From NCBI GenBank assembly GCA_964016885.1, contig OZ024743.1, positions 214,644,001 to 214,708,000 on the forward strand: DNA of 64,000 bases. The letters run 5' to 3'. The notes beneath the pieces were generated by a model, which made no database searches, was not told the origin of the DNA, and worked only from the letters and a program-made list of their open reading frames with translations. The position numbers were made by a program, and so were the translations under genes. Shown here piece by piece: positions 1 to 11,940 of the stretch (within the stretch, counting starts at the first letter, position 1; the number at the start of each line of letters is the position of its first letter). This stretch comes from Eledone cirrhosa (Eukaryota).

Positions 1-413
1 ATTTCTAAAAATATATATCAGAAAATATATTAGAAATGAAGGAGTGATAATAAATATGAAGATATTTTCTCAATGCCTCTCACACGCCTACACACTCTTC
101 ACACAGTCAATAGTGTTCTTCACACAGTGACTGTGTGCTACTGACTGGATAGTTCCCCGGTTCTAAGTGTTATTTCCTAGTTTGATATATCCCATTATTA
201 TAAGAAAGCACTATTATACTATCAGAAGTTTGGGTTTGCGGTCAGCAGTTTGATATTTCAAAATGTTCATATTTTTTAAGAAAAAAACACATTTTTTTAA
301 AATGTATCAGTTCATATAATTAAATCAACAGAGTATATATTTATTTTATTACACAAGCTTAGCAAAAGCAAACAAGTAAAAACAAATAACACTTATAAAG
401 CAACTTATACACG

Positions 414-1491
414 TCAGAAATGACTGAATTTCCTGGATTTGCGGTTGTAGTCCAGGTCACATTCCCGCAATAGCCTCCAGATATAGTCTCCCATCATTCT
501 TTCATTGTAGTGGCCCTGGTACCTCCGCTCTATCTCTTTCACAGTTTGGTAGAATCGTTCGCTTTGTTCTTCTGAGTAGGCGCCCATATTTTCCTTAAAA
601 TTTTCCAGGTGAGTGTCCAGCATATGAAGTTTAATAGACATCCTGCATCCCATGGCGTCAAAAGCCTTTATCAGATCCTGCACCAGTTACTGGTAGTTTT
701 CAGCTCTGTAATTGCCCAGGAAGTCCTTAACAACTGTCTTGAAACAGTTCCATGCTGTTCTCTCAATCGTATTGAGCTTATTGGAGAACTCGGTAGACTC
801 AAACACCTTCTTTATCTGAGGTCCAACAAAAATTCCACATTTGATTTTGGTCTCAGATAACTCGGGGAAGAAATCAAGAAGGGACTTAAAAGCGGCTGAT
901 TCTTGTTTTAAAGCCTTCACAAACTGCTTCATCAACCCCAACTTAATGTGGCATGATCACAACCCTGGGATCAACCAGTGGCTCCCACATGACGTTCCGG
1001 GTCCCAACTACAAATTCTGTTCGTTGCTCCCAGTTCTTTCTTGTAGAAGAAAGGCAGAGGAAGTATTGGAAGTTGATAAAGCCTCCTTGGAGTCCAAGCA
1101 GGAAAGCCACCATCGTGATGTCTCCAATGATTTCCCAATTATACTGGTTGTATTGCAGAGATTCCAAGAGGACTTACACACTGTAGTAATCTTCCTTCAA
1201 GCAGACTGAATGAGCTAGGGGCAGTGTCGGGAACTTGTTTCGATTGTGAAGGAGGACAGCCTTCAAACTTGTGGTGGAGCTGTCTATAAATAGCCGCCAC
1301 TCCTTGGGCACAAACGGCACCCCCATAACGTCAAACGGTCCAGGCACGGCATGGCAGAAGCAGAGGCCACCCCTAAAAGTGTAAAAGCCTGAGAAAGGTT
1401 GTGTCGACTTGTCTGACTTGTCACCTGCACTTCCTCCTTGACCAAGTTTCAGTGCTTCATCCTGGAGACGTATACTTAGAACACAGCTCAA
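414..1491 (-). pseudogene. Decayed Chapaev3-like (CMC/Transib-related) transposase
   Basis: Four consecutive frameshifted minus ORFs give WRLFIDSSTTSLKAVLLHN, LLGLQGG, GLMKQFVKAL, GIFVGPQI, MGCRMSIKLH and ERRYQG, motifs I recognise from Chapaev3-type transposases. Confidence 0.75.
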
Positions 1492-1555
1492 AGGGTGAGA
1501 AAATCCAGTATCAATAAATCTCTTTAATCCACTTTTTTAACAATTTTATACTTTA

Positions 1556-2995
1556 CTAGAAGTAAAGCCCGGCGTTGCTCGGGGTCGCTCAGTAGATGTG
1601 TTAAAGTTACAATGTTAAGTTTCTTTTTTGGCTTAAAAACTGTAATGTCTACTGTGCAGACTTGCATGTGGTGTTTTTGATTAATATTCCCTCAACCAAC
1701 AATATGCCTTATGAAGTTAAGAAAACATAACGATAACCCGAATGTTATAACAAAAGAGGATGCTGGGGATAAAAACTGCACTGGTTATTTATTAACAAAG
1801 ATCGAAAATGTAAACACTGCAACGCAGAGAAAAACATTAGCGTAACCAAATAATCAGTTAATAGCAGAGGTACCCGGCGTTGCTCGGGTATTAAATAGCA
1901 GTTATGTATACCATTTATGTCAATACTTCAGTGCTGCTTCGAAAACTATACTTTTATAAACTCATCGACTTTTTCCAAAAGGGGGTTCCTGCCCTCAGGG
2001 GTCCCCTACTCAATATGTGCCAATTCTGAGAGTTCACATTCATCTGTAGAACAAACGTATCCCATGTGTCAAGTTTTGTGAAAATCGGTTGCGAACTCCA
2101 GAAGTTATGACGTTTTTTTTGCATTGCACTGCAGTGCTTCAGTCGACTCCAAGGAAGTGGTTAAAGGGCGTTATCCGCCGGGAGGCCCTATAATCAATAT
2201 CTGGAAAAATGAAAGTGTCCATGACCATCCGGAGTACATGAGTAACCTATGCCTTAAGTTTGGTGAAAATACTGTAGAAATGCATAAGGTTTACACACAC
2301 GCGCGCACGCGCACGTGTATGTGTGTGTGTATGTATTTGTGTGCGCGTATGTATAAGTATGTGTATGTTCGTCGGTGCATACGTATGTACTGGCCTAAAT
2401 CTTCACTATTTATTTTTACTATGTTAAGGCAAAGTTAAAATCCCGTCGAGGTTAACTTTGCCTTTCATCCTTACGGGGTCGATAAAATAAAGTACCAGTA
2501 ATGTACTGTTTAATTGCTGGCCTTGTGCCAAACGTAGAAACAACTATTTTAATAACCTGTCATTTTCGTTTACAATTTTATTTACATCATTCTTAAACTC
2601 CGGGGCTGGAAATCATTCGGTTATTTTAAATAGAATATTAGGCTAACGACTCCATTTACACCATAAACTTGGTCTTCTCTTTGCATGAAATTGTTCTTCT
2701 CTGTCCACCGCGTCGTTTATACGTAACATAAATAGATAAGCAAATGACGCCATAAAAGGGAAATAACTCGTCTCTCATCTCTATTTATACATTTGAACTG
2801 AAAAATCAATACATTACAAATTCGATATTTACACTTGGCGTGGGTCGATTTGAAAATTTATTTGACCGATGGTTCCGGCGGACCTTCATCTATAAGTGTA
2901 GTAATTTCACCGAAATTTGAACGTACGGTTTAAGAGGAGATGTGTGCCGAAGTTCTTAGTAGACAGACAGACAACCTCAGTTTTATATATATAGA
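1556..2995 (-). mobile_element. Non-autonomous Helitron
   Basis: Minus strand starts TCTATATATATAAAA (2995) and ends with hairpin CCCGAGCAACGCCGGG followed by CTAG (1556-1559). Inserted between A and T with no TSD. (GACA)n near the 5' end. Confidence 0.8.
2434..2546 (+). mobile_element. Truncated tRNA-derived SINE (octopod-type family) inside the Helitron
   Basis: Matches the body ttaactttgcctttcatccttacggggtcgataaaataaagtaccag seen in the full copies at 30074 and 57880. Confidence 0.85.
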
Positions 2996-3290
2996 TTGCA
3001 CTTTTATAATTTTCTTTAGGTATTATTCTTTATTTTATAATTTTAATTTAACCTGAAATATATATTAAAAAATCATTTAACATAGGCAAATTAAACTTAC
3101 ATACAACGTAAAATCCAGCATACAAATAATTCTAGTGAATAGCTTAGAATTTTTACAAACCCAAACTTTTAACAGTTTAATATCACTTTTTTATTTATTT
3201 GGGACCTAAGCAACACAATAAAAGTGATTACACGCCAGGAACAGAGAACATTTTTTTTTTGTTACACGGTGTAATCGGCAACAAATTACC

Positions 3291-3410
3291 TTCCCGCCGA
3301 GGTTGACTTTGCCTTTCATCCTTAGGGGTCGATAAAATAAAGTACCAGTAATGAACTGGGTAATTGCTGGCCTTGTGCCTAAAGTAGAAACAATTAATAT
3401 TATTATTATT
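3291..3410 (+). mobile_element. Truncated SINE, same family
   Basis: Same body and tail (ccttgtgcctaaagtagaaacaatt, ATT repeats). Confidence 0.85.
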
Positions 3411-3931
3411 TTTTTATGATGTGATATATCATTCATGAACATATTGCTTTTCAAACAATCACAACCATTCGTATATTTCTCTATTTGTCCATTTGTTGAC
3501 GAAGTTCCTCTTCAACATTTTCTCGAATATGTTTGAAAGCTTTGGTACACTTAAAAACCTTACTTCTCGATAGAGTGGCGGCTCCATAACTGTTTCAGTG
3601 GCAAATCTGTTGAGTTTCACAAAAGTGTGTTCGCTCACTGTTGTTCGTTATTTTCCTGTATCGCAAAAATAACAATAACTCATATATTACTCAATCGATC
3701 TTGTTGTATGTAAGGGCAGCTAACACGCCGATCTACATCAATGAGGCACGTCGTCCTTATGTCATGAATTGGAAAATCAGTTTTTTAAAGTTTCTGACAA
3801 AATTCATATATGCAGACAGCCTTGTTTGATTTCAAAGTCGAAAGAGTGATAATCCAAATGCAGAAACTAACTGTTAGTCCCTATACATATTATCTTTAGA
3901 AAATCAGTTAAATGTACTGCTAGTTAATATA

Positions 3932-4052
3932 TAATTGTTTCTACTTTTGGAACAAGGCCAGCAATAACACCAGTACATTACTGGTACTGTATTTCATCGA
4001 CCCGTAAGGATGTAAGGCAAAGTTAACCTCGACGGGATTTGAACTCAGAAAT
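3932..4052 (-). mobile_element. Truncated SINE, same family
   Basis: Reverse complement of the body including B-box gttcaaatcc. Confidence 0.8.
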
Positions 4053-5201
4053 TGTATGTTACCTGTTGAACGAGCAATTAGTTACAGTGACCGACTGGTG
4101 TTGCAAATATTCTCTGCGTAACGATTACATTTTCGTATTCACACACAACCACACACACACATACACATACACGCACACACGCATACATCCCCACCCCCAA
4201 ACCCACCCACCCATACACACAGACACACGCACATACACACACACATATATACAATGCTTGTCACTGAGAATTGACACAGCCACGGTCTATGCATGTGTAT
4301 CGTAACACCGATATAAAATGTATGTACAAATTGAACATTGTCTTAGGTAGGTGTTCAAAGGATTGTGCCAACTGAATCGCCTCTACACATAACAGATCTT
4401 CGCATAGCGACATTTATAAACTTTATGAAGATAGATATAAGTGCAAGCTGGAAAGGGTCTTGTTCAATCATCGAAATATCCGTGTTTCTTTGATGACGTC
4501 GTTGTACTGAACATTTTACAATGTAATATTGGTTAAGTTTAGAGGGAGAAATTCCAGGATACATTTTCAAACGCCAATCTGTATAATATTAGTACATTAT
4601 CATTATTTCGAACACGTATATTGGCGATTGATACATCAGAATACATTTGGCTTTTCTGTTGATGAATGCAGCATGCTAAATGATATTTGGATCGATACAG
4701 TTATTGTATTCATTCTATCAATAATTCTACAAGGATGAGCTCTTTGAATACATATGCATTCTATTGTTGAATTCCGTTCTATATTTCTATGAGATCTTAG
4801 ACAGGAGAGTTACAAGGGTCACAAAGTTTGATACTCTTGAGGATAGGTCTGATTTTGAAAGATTTCAAAACATTAGCATGTACCCCTGTACAGTCTTTAT
4901 TTATCGAAGTATTTAGATATTTTGCTGCAATTTCTGCGTTGCTTGTTTTGGAGAATATTATACATCTTACAATCAGATGTGCTCATTTAGATATTTCAGT
5001 AGACCATTATGTTTTTTAAATTATTCTTCGTGTAAGTGTACAATATCTGGTGGAATAAAGATATTGAAGAGGTTTTCTCAGTTGCACTTATGCAATTTTC
5101 ATCACAAAGGGAGTAGCACATGTGCATTTATTTTTCTGCCGCAGTACTGCATAAGTGGTATCAACATATCCTGTTCAGCAACATCATGCTTGATATGGGA
5201 G

Positions 5202-5290
5202 CAGTGTGTAAAACACGAGATGTTGTGCACATTGTGTAAAACACGAAATGTTGGGCACAGTGTGTAAAACACGAGATGTTGTGCACAGTG
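5202..5290. repeat. 28-bp minisatellite, ~3 copies
   Basis: cagtgtgtaaaacacgagatgttgtgca repeated with few mismatches. Confidence 0.85.
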
Positions 5291-6075
5291 ATGTAAAGCA
5301 GCTAGATCATGACGAATAAGTTGCACTGAGTTATACATATCATTACAAGAAACAGCGACTTTCAATTGTTTGGTTGCGATTTTTGGTAAAGTCGATATCT
5401 TCAGAAATAATATGAACATCATAACAGTTTTCTTAGTAAACTACATATCCTTATTTAATTCATCACCGCAATGATGACGTACACTCTATAATTCTAATAT
5501 ATATATATATGAGATACAGAGCTCGGCGTTGTCTTGAAAATTATATAGAGAAATAGAGCTTCCGTATTTGAGTTGCAAGATGTATTATTTGAAAACGTGT
5601 TTTGAAACAGATGTTATAATTTTGGAGGGTCATACTGTCAATAAATATACAAACATTCTGTGACCTCATCAGTAAGGTCACGGAATAGGTGCGGTCAAGC
5701 AAAGTTCGAAGCAGTCAATTTAAAAGAACTGCTTCGACCTTTGCTTGACCGCATCTATTCCGCGCGCACGTGCGCTCTGCAGAATACCTCAGTTAGTCAC
5801 ACACAGCGAACAACAGAGGATACGTACCGTTCTTTCCGACAGATAACTCCCCCCAAGGAAATACCGCAGTTGATGGATGCGAATCCGAAATATAGGGACA
5901 GTTAAATGTCTCCCAAGGTAACTCTATCTTGTGTTATTATTTTTATTTGTTACGCTCTTTCTTCCCACTATACATCTCATTCTACATTCCTTTACATCTT
6001 TCTCTTCACCACCGGATCCTGCTGCCCGTAGACTAACCCATCTGCATTGTTGAGGCTTCCAAATCGACCAAAAGA

Positions 6076-6122
<47 letters not shown>

Positions 6123-6224
6123 TTTGATCACCTTGACTGACCAGTCTGTCGAACGCCATTCGGCGCCGCTGGTCACATCACGTGCTGTTTTAGCCATACG
6201 ATGACGCCATCCCACTGGCTGGGC

Positions 6225-6480
6225 GGGCAGACCGTAAGTCTAAAGTCTGTCTTAAGCCAGAAGGTTATTTGGCCGGTGCTTATCCCGATTCCATGTCGTG
6301 AATCGACTGAGAGCACTAGGCACCCACCTGGGTAGGACGCCAGTCCATCGCAGGGTTAAACATCCAGATAAAGCTGGTACTCATTTTCAGGAGATTAAAC
6401 TGGTGCAACGTGAAATAAAGTGTCTTGCTCAAGGAAACAACACACCACCCGGTCCGAGAATTGAACTTACAACCTTTCGA
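6225..6480 (-). mobile_element. MetaSINE-like tRNA-derived SINE
   Basis: Minus strand has B-box-like gttcaattc, gttgtttccttgagcaagacactt and the Meta-domain-like taaccctgcgatggactggcgtcc...atcgggataagcaccggcc. Confidence 0.7.
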
Positions 6481-6719
6481 TATATATATATATTTAAAAG
6501 TTAAACAAGTTTCAATGAATAAATCAAAGAATTAATATTTTGAATTCATATATATATATAGATATATATACCGTATATAGATAAAGTACTGGTGCTTTAT
6601 TTATATATATATATAAATAAAGTTACACTATCGTAAATACGGATAGAAAGAGGAGGTATAAAGTGATGCGATACAGAGTGTTATTAATAATAATATTACA
6701 ATTAGTACTAACATCACCA

Positions 6720-7865
6720 CCTTAGGTGCGACCGTAATAAACATTGCAATTGTCGTAACCCTACTAACTGTCCACTCCAAGGTATTTGCCTAACTAAATA
6801 TGTTATCTATAAATGTACTGTTACTAGTCATAATAGTGTTAAGTATTACATAGTAGCTACCTCTGGGTCGTTCAAGACCATATTTCGAGCACACCTCCAC
6901 TCTTTTAGGAATAAGAAGCTTAGATATTCTACGTCACCCTATTAAATGACTCCAACACTAACTTCACCACTTATTGGGAAATTGTGAACCAGTCAACACC
7001 TTACAAGTTTAATAAAAGCTGCCAACTCTGCCTTATGTAACTATACTATTTAGTTCAAGTTCCCAGGACCTCATAACTAGTCGGGCTGAAACTGTCACCA
7101 ATTGCGGCCATAGACTACACAATCTTTCTATAGATGGACCCCGAAAAATACTCAACCACCATAACACCTGGAGCTTCCAACACTACAGCCTGGCTCGACT
7201 TACTACGGTGGACTTTCTATTAAACATCTTGGAGCAACACCAACATCTACCCTCTGTTCTCCCTCCAGGGTGATGTACTACATATATTCAGCTGGGCCTA
7301 CCCCGCTATATTATTCCACACTGCTAGACTAATCTTTGGGTAATTTTACAGAACCGCCGCTTATACCCAATAAACTCTTAAGACAAATGATCATATAATT
7401 ATACAGATTCCATCTAAAGTGTCTTTACCTTTCTGGGCTTTTAAGCCTACACTGAACTTACAATTTTATACTAGCTAAATTTGTGTATGGTCTTTAATGA
7501 CTTTACTCCTAATTGATACTCATACTCATACCTTAACTCTGCCTCATTAAATTAAGTTAACAAACCATAATTAAATTAACTCCTTGTAACAATAACTAAA
7601 AAAATGTTTTCCTAGCGGTAATTAGTTTGACAGATAACTCTACTTTGCACAGGTAATTTCGTCCCATAGAGCACAAATACTTTTTCTCCATTTTACTATA
7701 CTGAGTAATGCATACTGATGTTAAAATATGTCTCAACCATACAGGGTACGTTATTAAATACTTTCCTTCTATTATTGCCTCAGAAGAGCCCCATTGGGCG
7801 AAACATATATAAGAGCTTTTTATAAATGTGATTTATCGCGTGCCACTCTTTCATTAGTATTTTCG

Positions 7866-7868
<3 letters not shown>
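6720..7868 (+). mobile_element. 5'-truncated Hydra-like Penelope-like element (GIY-YIG remnant plus pseudo-LTR) ending in (TA)n
   Basis: Translation from 6745 gives CNCRNPTNCPLQGICLTKYVIYKC, then CQLCL near 7020, paralleling ORF 51507-52157. Confidence 0.75.
7777..7816 (+). ncRNA. Type I hammerhead-like motif with CAGAAGA core
   Basis: gcct-CAGAAGA-gccc(catt)gggc-GAAA-catatata-agagc. Stem II is perfect; stems I and III are imperfect. Confidence 0.5.
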
Positions 7869-7963
<95 letters not shown>

Positions 7964-7965
7964 TA

Positions 7966-8160
7966 TATTTATTAAAATAACATTAAAGTTTAAGCAAAGA
8001 ATCGCTGCTTTCCCCGTTAAGGGAGAAAGCAGCGATTCTCTGCTTAAACTTTTACTGTTATGTTAATAAATATTTGCTCTACGGTTCTTATATATCTGAT
8101 ATATATTTATCCTTATCGAGCCCTCTTTGGATTTTAGTCTTCAAATTTATTATTATTACT
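7966..8160. mobile_element. Fold-back fragment of the Hydra-like PLE family at 50.5-55.1 kb
   Basis: 8010-8160 is the reverse complement of ~53677-53825. 7966-8070 is a hairpin centred on tccc-gttaa-ggga. Confidence 0.8.
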
Positions 8161-8295
8161 ATATATATATATATACATATATATAAGCGGAGAAAATGAA
8201 ACGATATTTAATTTCTCACTCTTAGTACGGCTGTTACTTAAATATAAGTATGTACACATACATACATATATGTATACAGACGTATAGTAGTATGC

Positions 8296-8326
<31 letters not shown>

Positions 8327-8472
8327 CATGCACACATATATATATATATATATGTACGTATGGATTCACCGAACATTTATTATAATGCTCGGTGTGTTTG
8401 TAAACAAACATCCTGAATTAAGCCGTACAGAGTCTAGCAACCATCGTTGCTCAATTGTTCAACACCGACAAA

Positions 8473-8527
8473 GGAACGCTGTACTAGTTTCAAGCTTATT
8501 AGCTATCGTCAGCAACGTATACCTTCC
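8473..8527 (-). ncRNA. Type I hammerhead ribozyme (retrozyme unit 1)
   Basis: Minus: CGUUG-CUGACGA-UAGCU(AAUA)AGCUU-GAAA-CUAGUA/CAGCG. Palindromic stem III ACUAGU, GUA cleavage triplet, distal GGAA/UUCC pairing. Confidence 0.85.
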
Positions 8528-8905
8528 TGCAAGAAGGTTGAACGTCTGAAAGTATATACTTTTCTTATGCATATCAACGGCTGAGCAGCCCAATTTGCAT
8601 ATCGAGTGAGTTAATCGGCCGGGGTACCGAAAATGATAAACGGAAAAAATGAAACGAAATTTCGTCTCTCACTCTTAGTACGGCTGTTAGTTAAATATAA
8701 GTATGTACACGTACATACATATATGTATACAGACGTACAGTAGTATGCATATATATATACATACATGCACACAGATATATATATATATGTACGTATGGAT
8801 TCACCGAACATTTATTATAATGCTCGATGTATTTGTAAACACACATCCCGTATTAAGCCGTAGTGTCTAGCAACCATCGGTGCTCATTTGTTCAACACTG
8901 GCAAA

Positions 8906-8960
8906 GGAACACTGTACTAGTTTCAAGCTTATTAGCTATCGTCAGCAACGTATACCTTCC
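8906..8960 (-). ncRNA. Type I hammerhead ribozyme (retrozyme unit 2)
   Basis: Same motif; stem I CGUUG/CAGUG. Confidence 0.85.
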
Positions 8961-9338
8961 TGCAAGAAGGTTGAACGTCTGAAAGTATATACTTTTCTCA
9001 TGCATATCAACGGCTGAGCAGCCCAATTTGCATATCGAGTGAATTAATCGGCTGGGGTACCGAAAATGATAAACGGAAAAAAATAAACGAAATTTCATTT
9101 CTCACTCTTAGTACGGCTGTTACTTAAATATAAGTATGTACACGTACATACATATATGTATACATATGTACAGTAGTATGCATATATATATACATGCACA
9201 TATATATATATATATATATGTAAGTATGGATTCACCGAAGATTTATTATAATGCTCGGTGTGTTTGTAAACACACATCCCGAATTAAGCCGTACAGTGTC
9301 TAGCAACCATCGGTGCTCATTTGTTCAACACTGACAAA

Positions 9339-9391
9339 GGAACACTGTACTAGTTTCAAGCTTATTAGTTATCGTCAGCAACGTACACCTT
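9339..9391 (-). ncRNA. Type I hammerhead ribozyme (retrozyme unit 3)
   Basis: Same core; one mismatch in stem II. Confidence 0.75.
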
Positions 9392-9430
9392 GCAAGATGG
9401 TTGAATGTCTGAAAGTATATACTTTCCTTA

Positions 9431-9530
<100 letters not shown>

Positions 9531-9831
9531 AAGAGAGAGAAGAGGGGGGGAGAGATATCCGCAAAAATTATATAAATGTATTTTTATGACTAGAGCTATA
9601 TGCGAGAGTATATAATTGTCAAACAGTTAGACACGGATCTCAATGTGTTTATTAAGTAATGGTTGGAAGAAACCAACGATACCTTTTTAGGAAAAAGGAT
9701 ACAAAAGGTTAGACGTAAGCCCTCAGCATATATATATATAAATATATATGTACTTCGAGATAAACAAGGTAATCTAAATTGTTATTATTTTCATACCTGC
9801 TGGAAAAGTGATATGTTTCGATTTATCAGGC

Positions 9832-9897
9832 GGTAGTCATTCCTGAAGAGAAAGTGCAGCGTTAAATTTCGAAACATGTAATAGATTCAGCGTGACC
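9832..9897 (+). ncRNA. Hammerhead-like core, stem I decayed
   Basis: CUGAAGA-GAAA...UUUC-GAAA-CAUGUA with palindromic ACAUGU. No proximal stem I pairing. Confidence 0.4.
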
Positions 9898-11257
9898 ATC
9901 TAAAAGGAATTCGAGGCAGTGATTCAGTATCGATTAGTTCAATGGCTAAAGGCAACAGAGCTAAATGAGTAAGATAGTTTAAAAATCACTAATAATATTG
10001 TTATTGTAAATTTTGATAACGTAATGCTATTCATATACGAAACCTTTGAATATATTCGTTGATGGTAATGGAAATCTAATTGTTGAGGGCGTTATTGTCC
10101 TTGATATGTTAAAAATAATTGATTAAGTGTGTTATTAATAATGGAATATAAGATGCTCTATTTACCTTTACATGTGTTCCTCAAATTTCTTATCATACAA
10201 TAATGATGTTTAATGCTGGAAGCAAAAGGGAATACTTAATGACGGCATTCAATCAATTATTATGGGTATATGAATGTTGCATACCTGATATAATTAAATA
10301 TATTCATACAAAGAGACTAATGAAAACTGGCTTAGCTTTTCTGCCACTATATATTTACTTTCTAAACAATCGCCCTTACAGTTTACGACATAGATACAAC
10401 GTCTGAGAAGACAAGACAATAGCAGCTCCAACACCGGATGTTCTGTATGAAACACTACTATAAGTGTGACTCGTACAAACAAGTCGAGTAGCAATTTCGT
10501 GAAGTTTTTGAAACGGATAAAGCCCCCTTAAACGCCAATTGATAACACCAAGTGACATTGAGACCTACGGGACAGTAGTTAACCGCCTGGACGACCCAAT
10601 AACGTATACCGGACGTTTATTGAGAGAGCCGGCGAATTGGTGTAATAGAGTCCTAAAAGACCGTTGCGCGGGAGGAGACAATCTGGAACTCTTGTTAGGA
10701 AATTGTAGACGGATTTCCAAAGAGGATATTAAGAAGTAACTTTAGAGATTACAGACTTACCATAATATTAAAGTTTATGCCTGCCATACTGTTGGAAGAG
10801 ATATAAAACAGCCCACATTCTTTTAATCTGATGTGGACATTTCCCGTACAGGGAATGATCACCTCTACGAACAATGTGTTCTGGTGGCCAGAGAAAACAA
10901 CTGAAAACCTCTCCGGTCGGCTAAATTTTAAGTCTGTTCTGCCATGTTTGGGTGCCTTATGCTTGGCCCACACTTCTTTGATGAAATGGTTTCATTGCTA
11001 CAGTAAAAAGAGAACGCTATGTTGAGATCTTAGAAGACATTACAAACAATCTGCAGACCATAATGTAACTCTGGATAGAAACATCAAAAGAGAGTTAATT
11101 TTTGATATGTTTGTTTCAGAGACATGAACTAACGCTATTCAAATAGTGCATGAATAATTTAGACCAAAACAAAAATGAGGTCAATTTTGTTTTAGTGTCC
11201 CTGCATCAAACAAAATATTTATAAATTGTTTTTAATTCCACACAAACACATTCCATC

Positions 11258-11924
<667 letters not shown>

Positions 11925-11940
<16 letters not shown>

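Larger units (their letters stand above)
160..3271 (-). mobile_element. Chapaev3-like DNA transposon, interrupted by a Helitron; left boundary uncertain
   Basis: Right end TTTTTTGTTACACGGTG at 3271 (CAC terminus on minus). Subterminal similarity between ~225-260 and ~3155-3186 (aagtttgggtttg / caaacccaaactt). Contains the transposase remnant. Confidence 0.5.

Noticed and set aside
5202-5290. 28-bp repeats as a CRISPR array
   Set aside because: No spacers, eukaryotic context and no cas genes.
5590-5690. Minus CTGATGAGGTCACAGAATG
   Set aside because: A remnant of the family A pseudo-LTR end with the GAAA half deleted; not a complete ribozyme.
7794-8549. ORFs rich in YIYI, CVCV, HTHT or LSLS here and throughout the track
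   Set aside because: These are translations of dinucleotide microsatellites that lack stop codons, not genes.
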